Position numbers and translations under genes: made by a program. A stretch of DNA of 26,220 nt from the IMG/VR virus record IMGVR_UViG_3300044820_000032, positions 1-26,220 of that record. One strand, 5' to 3'. This document shows, one piece after another, positions 1 through 7,328 of this stretch (positions are counted from its first letter, which is position 1; each line of letters opens with the position of its first letter). Source of the stretch: a virus. Taxonomy: Duplodnaviria > Caudoviricetes. The notes under the pieces are model-generated. The model saw only the letters and a list, made by a program, of their open reading frames with translations. It ran no database searches and was not told the origin of the DNA.

Positions 1-2
1 CC

Positions 3-278
3 GCGACCAGCGCCGCGACCCGCGACGCGACCGACGACGCGACCAGCGACGCGACCAGCGACGCGACCAGCGCCGCGACCAGCGCCGCGACCTACGCCGC
101 GACCTACGCCGCGACCTACGCCGCGATCCGCGCCGCGACCAGCGACGCGACCAGCGACGCGACCAGCGCCGCGACCAGCGACGCGACCTACGCCGCGACC
201 AGCGGCGCGACCTACGCCGCGACCCGCGCCGCGACCCGCGCCGCGACCGACGACGCGACCGACGACGCGACCAGCAAC
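3..278 (+). repeat. 23 tandem copies of a 12-bp unit GCGACC-NNC-(G/A)NC encoding A-T-[S/R/D/Y]-[A/D/G/N]
   Basis: GCGACC recurs every 12 nt from position 3 to 267 (one GCGATC variant), in frame with the CDS. Confidence 0.95.
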
Positions 279-953
279 GCGCTGGTAACTTTTCTTGCCC
301 AATGTATTGACTGCGCCTGGTATATGCGCGACGGCGGCAATCAATGGTCGGGGTGGATCTCTTATTTGTCGTTTTTCGATCGGGTGGTAGGGCTAACCCT
401 ACCCGAGTACTCTAAGTGGAGGCGCTACGAGTCGGCGGCGAGTGGCGGACCTCGATATATGCACCGCCGTTTCTGGGTCATGTCTGATCGCCCCACCGTC
501 GTGGGTCGGGACGACAGAAATCGACCACACAATGACCAGGGGCCGTCGCTAGCATGGCGTGACGGTTGGAGCGTCTACACGATCCATGGCGTGAGAGTTC
601 CAGCGTCCATCGTTGAGCACCCAGGGTCAATAACGGTCTCATCCATCGAGGCGGAACGCAACGCGGAGATCCGGCGCGTCATGATCGAGCGATACGGATC
701 GGCCGGGTACCTCCAGGAGTCAGGGGCGCAGCTCATCCACCAATCGGAGCGTGGGAAACTGTGGCGCAAAGAGCAGATTGACGATGAGGCGATAGTGATG
801 GTTGAAGTTGTGAACTCCACGCCTGAGCCTGACGGGACTTGGAAGACCTATTTCTTGCGGGTTCCGCCCACGATCACCACCGCCGACGCCGCCGTCTCCT
901 GGACGTTTGGAATCGACGACTCCAGGAAGTATCGGCCCCAACAGGAAACCTGA
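3..953 (+). CDS. DUF6745-like phage protein, 5'-truncated by the window edge, with N-terminal ATxx tetrapeptide repeats
   Basis: The frame of ORF 324..953 is open back to position 3. The C-terminal motifs PHNDQGPSLAWRDGWSVYTIHGVRVP, ERNAEIRRVMIERYG and VEVVNSTPEPDGTWKTYFLRVPP...AVSWTFG are typical of DUF6745 proteins. Confidence 0.8.
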   Translation, partial: ATSAATRDATDDATSDATSDATSAATSAATYAATYAATYAAIRAATSDATSDATSAATSDATYAATSGATYAATRAATRAATDDATDDATSNALVTFLAQCIDCAWYMRDGGNQWSGWISYLSFFDRVVGLTLPEYSKWRRYESAASGGPRYMHRRFWVMSDRPTVVGRDDRNRPHNDQGPSLAWRDGWSVYTIHGVRVPASIVEHPGSITVSSIEAERNAEIRRVMIERYGSAGYLQESGAQLIHQSERGKLWRKEQIDDEAIVMVEVVNSTPEPDGTWKTYFLRVPPTITTADAAVSWTFGIDDSRKYRPQQET

Positions 954-975
954 CAGCCTACCGTGAGGGCCTGAC

Positions 976-1470
976 ATGAGGATCGATCTAGAGGAGTTGG
1001 CGGTGCGGCTAGCCGAGGAACGAGCATCGGTGGAGCTCGACCGGGTGTACTGTGGGTGCGGGTGCGGCATCTGGTGGCCTCGAGAGGAGACGGATGGTCG
1101 GGGCAGAAAGCGAGAATATGTCGATCGCTACCACCAAGTGTTCGCTCGTAATCTACGTCGTCGTTTAGGTATCCCGAGCGGGTCCCAGAACCTCGATGAC
1201 ATCCGGAATTCGCCACCACGAGATCGACCCCCGAAACGTCCCTGCTTGGCGGGGGATTGCGACCGTCCGGTAAGGTCTAACGGATACTGCGGGAAGCATC
1301 GTGCTCAAGTCTACGGGACCAACTCTGCTGGTTCCGTGGATATCATCCGGATCTCCATTGCCGATCTGTCCGCGATGCGTCGTGCGCTTCGGCGCATGGA
1401 GAGAGGCCACCGCGTAGCTCAACGGGGAAGCGGGTGGAGAAACGGCCCCTCCCCCGAGGTCCACCGATGA
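976..1470 (+). CDS. Hypothetical protein with two Cys/His clusters (possible Zn-binding regulator)
   Basis: ATG preceded by GAGGG; motifs YCGCGCG and CLAGDCDRPVRSNGYCGKH; the stop overlaps the next ATG. Confidence 0.7.
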   Translation: MRIDLEELAVRLAEERASVELDRVYCGCGCGIWWPREETDGRGRKREYVDRYHQVFARNLRRRLGIPSGSQNLDDIRNSPPRDRPPKRPCLAGDCDRPVRSNGYCGKHRAQVYGTNSAGSVDIIRISIADLSAMRRALRRMERGHRVAQRGSGWRNGPSPEVHR

Positions 1471-1757
1471 AGCCTTGCGTCCATTTCTGGGACCTCGGCA
1501 ATGCGTCCCCCGTATTCGCCTGCGGGCGCGCACCGAGCCAAGGCATCGACGGCCAAGTACTGGTCTCCTACCGCACTGGACCGGCCCTGGCTGCGTTCAG
1601 GCGCCTCCGGCGCAGGTGTCGCGCGTGCTGGAAGGTGATCAAAGCGGCGGGTAGGAGGGTCGAGGGCCGGCACTACTTCGTGGTGGGGTCCGACGTTTTG
1701 CGTCGGACGTCTGAAACGGCTGTCTCTGGCAAAGCGGTGGAGAGGAGGGCAGGGTGA
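1467..1757 (+). CDS. Small basic hypothetical protein
   Basis: ATG at 1467 overlaps the upstream TGA, with GAGGT as RBS; its stop overlaps the initiator start; contains CRAC. Confidence 0.6.
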   Translation: MKPCVHFWDLGNASPVFACGRAPSQGIDGQVLVSYRTGPALAAFRRLRRRCRACWKVIKAAGRRVEGRHYFVVGSDVLRRTSETAVSGKAVERRAG

Positions 1758-2665
1758 TGGAGGACCGGGAAGGCGGCTACACGTTCTTCTTTCGCTCCGT
1801 CGAGTCGTCCCCGGACTTCCTCGGGTTGAGGGCCGATCAGAGCTGGGTGGCGATCCGGCTGACCCAACTCGCGAACTTCAAACCCGCGTTCTGTCGGATC
1901 CGGGGACAGGCCGTCCGCGTAGAGCGGGGCGAGCTCGCGCACAGCCTCGAAACGATCGCCGAACGAACCAACGTGACCGTAAAGGTGGCCAGAACCACCA
2001 TAAATCGACTGCTCAAGTCAGGTTTCTTGTCTTCCAGGGAAATTGAAATTTCGGGCACAGCAGCGGGCACGGGACCGGGCACAAAGGTCAGGATTCTAAG
2101 GGTCGTGAGTTACGACAAGTTTAACCCGCATGGCGAATTCGCGGGCACAACTCCGGGCACGCCAGCGGGCAGCGACCGGGCAGGCGACGGGCACGCACCG
2201 GGCACGGACCGGGCACTGAGAGAAGAAGGGGAAGAAAGAAGCAATGATCAGATCCCCCCTACCCCCCAGGCCGAAAACCGTCACTCGCGCCCTGCGCGGT
2301 TGGGGGTGGGGTCGCCTGCGTTCGAGGCGGCAGACCATTGGACCCGGGTCGTTTGGCCGAAGCTGAGTCGGTCTCCGTGCGAGCCGGTGACCGCCGCACA
2401 GGCGCAGCGCCTCGCTGAACTCTCCAGCCGCCGTGGAGCCGCTGAGGTTTGCTCCGCGATGTCCCGGGCGGCGGCCGATCCGTTCTGGTCTGACAAGCTC
2501 GACCTCGATGTCTTTCTCTCGCGGCCGGACCGATTCGCTGCCCGTAAAACAGCGATCAGCGTTGTCGCCACCGAAAAAGCGCGTCGAGCCCCGCAGCCCA
2601 GCGCAACCGACTTCACCGACCCTCGACCGCCGTGGGATCCGAGTTTTGACCTGGAGGAGCAATGA
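1757..2665 (+). CDS. Phage replication initiator (lambda O / replisome-organizer-like)
   Basis: N-terminal wHTH-like region (VERGELAHSLETIAERTNVTVKVARTTINRLLKSGFL...VVSYDKFN), central low-complexity linker holding DNA repeats, and position directly upstream of a DnaC-like ATPase. RBS GGAGGG; alternative GTG start at 1754. Confidence 0.8.
   Translation: MEDREGGYTFFFRSVESSPDFLGLRADQSWVAIRLTQLANFKPAFCRIRGQAVRVERGELAHSLETIAERTNVTVKVARTTINRLLKSGFLSSREIEISGTAAGTGPGTKVRILRVVSYDKFNPHGEFAGTTPGTPAGSDRAGDGHAPGTDRALREEGEERSNDQIPPTPQAENRHSRPARLGVGSPAFEAADHWTRVVWPKLSRSPCEPVTAAQAQRLAELSSRRGAAEVCSAMSRAAADPFWSDKLDLDVFLSRPDRFAARKTAISVVATEKARRAPQPSATDFTDPRPPWDPSFDLEEQ
2052..2241. promoter_or_regulatory. Putative phage replication origin: ten CGGGCA(C/G) iterons followed by a purine tract
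   Basis: CGGGCAS starts at 2052, 2064, 2076, 2142, 2154, 2166, 2177, 2188, 2199 and 2210, followed by GAGAGAAGAAGGGGAAGAAAGAAG at 2218-2241. It lies inside the initiator gene, as lambdoid origins do. Confidence 0.7.
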
Positions 2666-3339
2666 GCCCTGTCGACTCAATCACGGCCATCGTCGAGCGC
2701 TGTAAGTCAATCAGTGAAACCCCCGAGTATCTCGCCAACGCGCAACGCCTGACCGGCGAATGGGCCGAGCAAAGCGCCCAGTCGGCGTCACTTGAGCGGC
2801 GCATTGCCCTCCAGTCCTCGGGGGTGCCCGAAGAGCACTGGTCCGCGCTCGACACCCCCAAGTCGCGGCCGGCCCATGATGCAGTCGCGCGGTTCCTGGC
2901 CGGTCCGCCTGAGCTCCGGTTCCTCGTGCTCTCTGGCCCCAAGGGCGTCGGCAAATCGTTTGCGCTGTCGTGGGCGGTGCATAAACGCGGGGGTCAGTTT
3001 ACCAGCGCACAGGCGCTGGTCTTCGCTGGCTCGTTCGACCGCGAGGTCTGGGAGCCCTTGTTTCCGGCGCCTGTGCTCGCGCTGGACGAGATCGGAGCGG
3101 AACAGAGCAACGCAGCGTACGACGCGTCGCTCTACGAATTGCTCAACCGCAGATACTCAGCTAACCGCAAGACGGTCCTCGCGACGAACCTCGACCAGAA
3201 GGGGTTTCGCGCGCGCTACCTGGGACTCGGGCTCGACCGGCTGCTAGATCGCCTACGTACCGGAGGTGAGTGGGTCACGTTGCCTGGGGAGTCGATTCGA
3301 AAACACTGGTCGGAGAGAGACCGGGAGGTGGAGTTATGA
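2662..3339 (+). CDS. DnaC/IstB-like AAA+ ATPase (helicase loader)
   Basis: Walker A GPKGVGKS, Walker B LALDEIG, LYELLNRRY...TVLATNL and DRLLDRL motifs; translationally coupled to the initiator. Confidence 0.9.
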   Translation: MSPVDSITAIVERCKSISETPEYLANAQRLTGEWAEQSAQSASLERRIALQSSGVPEEHWSALDTPKSRPAHDAVARFLAGPPELRFLVLSGPKGVGKSFALSWAVHKRGGQFTSAQALVFAGSFDREVWEPLFPAPVLALDEIGAEQSNAAYDASLYELLNRRYSANRKTVLATNLDQKGFRARYLGLGLDRLLDRLRTGGEWVTLPGESIRKHWSERDREVEL

Positions 3340-3485
3340 GCGGGATAGGAATCACAGTGGTTGTAGTCGTCACCGTTGTTTGCACCGTCGTCGGTGATGT
3401 GTTGCTGGAGCGGCGGTCACACCGAAAGCTCGCCCGCCGTCCCAACGTGATCCTGTTCCCACCGCGGTGGAGGAGTCACCGATGA
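3336..3485 (+). CDS. Small single-pass membrane protein
   Basis: ATG overlaps the upstream stop, with GGAG as RBS; hydrophobic N-terminus GITVVVVVTVVCTVVGDVLL and basic tail; its stop overlaps the rusA start. Confidence 0.55.
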   Translation: MSGIGITVVVVVTVVCTVVGDVLLERRSHRKLARRPNVILFPPRWRSHR

Positions 3486-3829
3486 GCGTTTCGTTCGTGG
3501 TTTATGGCGACCCAACTCCAAAAGCCCGACCACGCGTGGTGCATGGACACGCGTACACACCCGGGCAGACGACCGCCGCAGAAGCGCGCATTGCCGTCGC
3601 GGCGAGGCGATCAGGCGTCAAGCCGGCCAAGGGTCCGGTCCGGCTGTCCGCGCGCTTCTGGAGGGCAACTGCGCGCGTTTGCGACCTGGACAATTTGGCG
3701 AAATTGGTGCAGGACGCGCTCAACGGGATCGCGTACGTCGACGACAGCCAGATAGTCGAGCTGACCGCGACCAAGGGGATCGATCGGGACAGGCCGCGCA
3801 CCGAGGTGAGGATCGAGGAGCTTACCTGA
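3482..3829 (+). CDS. rusA: RusA-family Holliday junction resolvase
   Basis: GDPTPKARPR N-terminus, catalytic DLDNLAKLVQDALNGIAYVDDSQIV and C-terminal PRTEVRI; RBS GGAGGAG. Confidence 0.93.
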   Translation: MSVSFVVYGDPTPKARPRVVHGHAYTPGQTTAAEARIAVAARRSGVKPAKGPVRLSARFWRATARVCDLDNLAKLVQDALNGIAYVDDSQIVELTATKGIDRDRPRTEVRIEELT

Positions 3830-4053
3830 TGAGCCGACTTCGCACGAAGGCGCGGCGGGCGCGGCGTCTCCGCCGATGGCTATACCGGATGGCTCACCGA
3901 ACACCCTCGGGCCGGTATCTCGTGCCCCGTGTGGCCCTGTTTGAGAACCCCTGGGCCGAAGCGCGGCTCAAGGATTCCCTGGTTGACAGGTGGATGTGCG
4001 AATGCGGATGCCACACGGTCTTCATGAACATGGATTGCCTGGTGCTCCGGTGA
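3829..4053 (+). CDS. Small basic hypothetical protein
   Basis: TGATG coupling to rusA with GAGGAG RBS; begins MSRLRTKARR; contains CECGC. Confidence 0.55.
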   Translation: MSRLRTKARRARRLRRWLYRMAHRTPSGRYLVPRVALFENPWAEARLKDSLVDRWMCECGCHTVFMNMDCLVLR

Positions 4054-4229
4054 AGCGGCCGAACCCGATCGCGGAGCTCGTGGACCGCTGGCGGGACAGG
4101 GCGAACGGCCTGCGCGAGCGGCGCAAGGTTACCACCCGCGTCTACGCTCGAGACGCGCTGATTGCGCAAGCTCTCACACTCGAATCTGTGGCATCCGAGT
4201 TGGAGTCATACCTGATTGAACAGGGGTGA
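4050..4229 (+). CDS. Small hypothetical protein
   Basis: GTG overlapping the upstream TGA (GTGA); helical-looking product VKRPNPIAELVDRWRDRA... Confidence 0.5.
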   Translation: MKRPNPIAELVDRWRDRANGLRERRKVTTRVYARDALIAQALTLESVASELESYLIEQG

Positions 4230-4233
4230 GCCG

Positions 4234-4416
4234 ATGAGGGGGCAATCAGGCAGACCGCCAGACGAGGAATTCCGCCGAATAGTGGATGCAGCCATTGAAC
4301 TCGGGGTGGTTGGGACGGACGAGTGCAGCGATGCGGAGTTCGAGGCTGCCATAGAGAAATTCCGAAAGATTCTGGCCCGGTACGTCGAAAGCCGGAGGGT
4401 TTCCGCCGCTGACTGA
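4234..4416 (+). CDS. Small hypothetical protein
   Basis: ATG at 4234 after GGGGTG; fills the gap before terS. Confidence 0.5.
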   Translation: MRGQSGRPPDEEFRRIVDAAIELGVVGTDECSDAEFEAAIEKFRKILARYVESRRVSAAD

Positions 4417-4439
4417 GTCCGGTTGTAGGATTGGCGCCG

Positions 4440-4928
4440 GTGCCGCTCACGCCCAAAAAGCTCCGTTTTGTTAAGGAGTACCTGATCGACTTAAATGCCA
4501 CGCGGGCCGCGGTTAGCGCTGGGTATTCGGCGCGCACGGCTGCTCAGGCTGGGTCCAGGCTGTTAAGGGATGTACAGGTACGTGCTGAAATTGAACAAGC
4601 GAACGCAAAACGGCTGGCCAAGGTCGAGCTGAGCGCCGAGATGGTGCTGAAGGAGCTCATCCGAATCGGGATGGCTGACCTGTCCAAGGCGTTCGACGAA
4701 TCCGGCCGGCTGCTGCCCCTGCATGAGATCCCCGAGGACACCCGGCGCGCCATGTCGGCGGTGAAGGTATCCGAGGAGTCGGCCGGCGATGGAGTGGTAC
4801 GCGAAGTCAAGTTCTGGGACAAGCCGAAGGCTCTTGAGCTCCTGGGGAAGCACCTGAAACTTTTTGTCGACGTGGCCGAAGTCGGCGGTGTAGGCGGCGG
4901 CCCAATCATTTTCCGAATCGAGGAGTAG
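4440..4928 (+). CDS. terS: Terminase small subunit (Terminase_2 type)
   Basis: LTPKKLRFVKEYLIDLNATRAAVSAGYS HTH signature and C-terminal DKPKALELLGKHLKLF. Start is GTG 4440 or TTG 4431. Confidence 0.93.
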   Translation: MPLTPKKLRFVKEYLIDLNATRAAVSAGYSARTAAQAGSRLLRDVQVRAEIEQANAKRLAKVELSAEMVLKELIRIGMADLSKAFDESGRLLPLHEIPEDTRRAMSAVKVSEESAGDGVVREVKFWDKPKALELLGKHLKLFVDVAEVGGVGGGPIIFRIEE

Positions 4929-4931
4929 CCA

Positions 4932-5492
4932 ATGGGTCTGATAGGCGGCATCCCTCCCAACATCCAAAACCCCCAGTACTGCGTCCAGTACCCGAGCGAC
5001 CGACCGAGTTACGTTGTCAACTTCAACGTCAACCCGACCGTGACGATGGATATGTTCGCCATCGAATGCGGGCCGTCCAAATACGTCCGGCTCGAGCGCA
5101 TCGTCATCGACAACGTGGGGATGCTGACGACGGCCGGGATGCTCGCTCTGGCGCTCATCCGGACCACCGTGTCGGGCGCGGGCAGTCTCGTGACTCCTGT
5201 CGGTCTAGACGAAGGGGACCCCCCGTTCACTGGCCTCTGTCGGTCGGGCAACTCGGCCGCGAACCTGGGCACCGCAGGCGTCACGATCGCCATGTACAAC
5301 ATGTGGATCCCGGCAGCCGTGGGGCCGATGACTCCTCTCGTGCTGGAGATGGGCGGACAGGGTCAGGTCTACAAGCAGCCCCTGATCAAGACGGGCGTCA
5401 ACAACGGGATCTCCCTTCGGAACCCGGGTGGCGCTGGTGGCGCAGGATTCTGCGGTTACGCGGTGTTCTGCGAAGAGTCGCTGATTCCGTAG
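4932..5492 (+). CDS. Hypothetical beta-rich protein, possibly virion-associated
   Basis: GAGGAG RBS, strong GC3 bias and a Gly/Thr/Val-rich alternating pattern. The function is a guess. Confidence 0.7.
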   Translation: MGLIGGIPPNIQNPQYCVQYPSDRPSYVVNFNVNPTVTMDMFAIECGPSKYVRLERIVIDNVGMLTTAGMLALALIRTTVSGAGSLVTPVGLDEGDPPFTGLCRSGNSAANLGTAGVTIAMYNMWIPAAVGPMTPLVLEMGGQGQVYKQPLIKTGVNNGISLRNPGGAGGAGFCGYAVFCEESLIP

Positions 5493-5508
5493 TTCACAGG
5501 GAGAAACA

Positions 5509-5772
5509 ATGACTGCAAGAGTATGCCGATCCTGCGACCACTACGCGGCAACAGCCGCCGATGGTTCGCAGGGAGAGTGCCACGCCCACGCGCCGTCGAT
5601 CTTCGTGATCTCGGCGCCACCTTCCGTGATCGGCGGACAACCGCCGCCCCCGGGCCGCATGTCCTGTTGGCCCCCGACGCAGCCTCAACTCTGGTGCGGC
5701 GAGTGGAAGAAGAAGCTGGAGGAGTTCACCAGCGTCGGCGGCAAGCCGGCCCTCGCGGCGCTCAAGGAGTAG
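5509..5772 (+). CDS. Small Cys-rich phage protein (CxxC...C...WP...WCGEW)
   Basis: ACAGGGAGA RBS; CRSCDHY...GECHAHAP...WPPT...WCGEW is a pattern common in small phage ORFs. Confidence 0.75.
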   Translation: MTARVCRSCDHYAATAADGSQGECHAHAPSIFVISAPPSVIGGQPPPPGRMSCWPPTQPQLWCGEWKKKLEEFTSVGGKPALAALKE

Positions 5773-5837
5773 GTGTGCACGGGAGGAGCTCTCCGACGCT
5801 CACGTCCGTCACGGGCCGGACCTCCAAGGGGTCGGCA

Positions 5838-7328
5838 ATGGTCGCGCGCTCGTACAAGGCAGCGCCGACGCTCCGACGCTTCCAGCGCTCGGATGCGTAC
5901 GTGCGCGCGATCGTGGGCCCCGTGGGCTCGGGGAAGAGCAGCGCGTGCGTCCTGGAGCTACTGCGGCGCGCTGGACGCCAGCGGCCGGGTCCAGACGGAG
6001 TGCGGCGCACCAGGTTCGCGGTGATCCGCAACACGTACGGACAGCTCCGCGACACCACCCGCAAGACGTTCGAGGAGTGGGTACCGCCTGAGTTGGGCTC
6101 GTTCCGCGAGCAGGCCTTCACCTGGGTTGGCCGGTGGAGCGATGGCGAGCACGCGGTCGAGACAGAGATCCTGTTCCGCGCACTGGACCGGCCCGAGGAC
6201 GTGAAGAAGCTCCTCTCCCTGGAGCTCACGGGCGCGTACATCAACGAGGCCCGCGAGATCCCCAAAGCCATCCTGGACGTGCTCGGCACGCGCGTTGGTC
6301 GCTATCCCTCGAAGGCCAATGGCGGTCCATCCTGGTTCGGGATTTGGATGGACACGAACCCGTGGACGAAGCAGCATTGGGGCTACCGGCTGTTCACTGT
6401 CAGGAAGGACGTGCCTCAGGAGAAGCAACACCTTTACGAGCTCTTTGAGCAGCCCGGGGGACGCACAGCGCTGGCCGAGAACGTCGATAACCTGCCCACG
6501 GACTACTATGACCGGCTGATCGTTGGCAAGGACGGGGAGTGGGTGGAGTCGTACGTTGACGGGGAGTACCCCTCGAACGATCAGGGCTCGATCTTCGGTC
6601 GCCTGGTTGAGGCGGTGTCGCTCCGCGGTGGGCTCGCCGAGTTCTGGCACCCCACCGATGGCGTGTTCACCACCTGGGATCTGGGGGTCTCCGACAGCAC
6701 CGCGATCTGGTTCTGGAGGATCACCGACGACGACCGGACGGCGGCAGAGGTCGAGATGGCGAAGGAAGGGAAGTCGGTGCCTCGCCGTCCCCGGATCGAC
6801 CTGATCGACCACTACGAGGCGAGCGGGTTCGGCGCGTCGCACTACTTTGAGGTCGTCGACGGGAAGCCGTACCGCTACGTCAAGCACTGGCTCCCGCACG
6901 ACTCTCGACAGCGCTCATGGCAGACCGGCGTCGGGACCGTGGAGCTCTTCGCCGAGCACTTCGGCGCTGGCACCGTGGAGATTGGACCCGAGCTCTCCCT
7001 CAGGGACGGCATTGGGGCGGCGCGCTGGCTCCTGGAGCAGCCGATCAGGATCCACCCGCGCTGCGATGAGCACCAGGGCATCGAGGCACTGCGCGAGTAC
7101 CGGTACGAGTATGACGAGGACACCAAGGCATATTCGACTCGTCCACTCCATAACTGGGCGTCTCACACGGCGGATGCGTTCCGCTACGTGGCGTGTGTCG
7201 CCAAGGAGTCGGATCTGATCGTGCGACCGGCCGATCCGCCCCCGCCACCTCCACCGGCCAGAACTCTTGCGACATTCACTTTGGATGAACTTTGGGAGTG
7301 CAGGTCCCAGCGAAACGGGAGGGTGTGA
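5838..7328 (+). CDS. terL: Terminase large subunit
   Basis: Walker A GPVGSGKS, Walker B GAYINEARE, coupling-motif region MDTNP, nuclease WDLGVSDSTAIWF and HNWASHTADAFRY. ATG 5838 (after AAGGGG) is chosen because the longer 5523 start overlaps a real gene. Confidence 0.95.
   Translation: MVARSYKAAPTLRRFQRSDAYVRAIVGPVGSGKSSACVLELLRRAGRQRPGPDGVRRTRFAVIRNTYGQLRDTTRKTFEEWVPPELGSFREQAFTWVGRWSDGEHAVETEILFRALDRPEDVKKLLSLELTGAYINEAREIPKAILDVLGTRVGRYPSKANGGPSWFGIWMDTNPWTKQHWGYRLFTVRKDVPQEKQHLYELFEQPGGRTALAENVDNLPTDYYDRLIVGKDGEWVESYVDGEYPSNDQGSIFGRLVEAVSLRGGLAEFWHPTDGVFTTWDLGVSDSTAIWFWRITDDDRTAAEVEMAKEGKSVPRRPRIDLIDHYEASGFGASHYFEVVDGKPYRYVKHWLPHDSRQRSWQTGVGTVELFAEHFGAGTVEIGPELSLRDGIGAARWLLEQPIRIHPRCDEHQGIEALREYRYEYDEDTKAYSTRPLHNWASHTADAFRYVACVAKESDLIVRPADPPPPPPPARTLATFTLDELWECRSQRNGRV

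Noticed and set aside
1-280. Regular repeats as a CRISPR array
   Set aside because: The period is 12 bp, there are no unique 25-45-nt spacers, the repeat is in frame with a CDS, and no cas genes are present.
2662-3339. IstB of an IS21 element
   Set aside because: There is no IstA transposase or terminal inverted repeats. The gene is coupled to a phage initiator, so a helicase-loader role fits better.
5523-5837. 105-aa N-terminal extension of TerL given by the ORF track
   Set aside because: It overlaps the Cys-rich gene 5509-5772, which has a strong RBS. The extension is Arg/Pro-rich noise, and ATG 5838 sits at the expected distance from Walker A.
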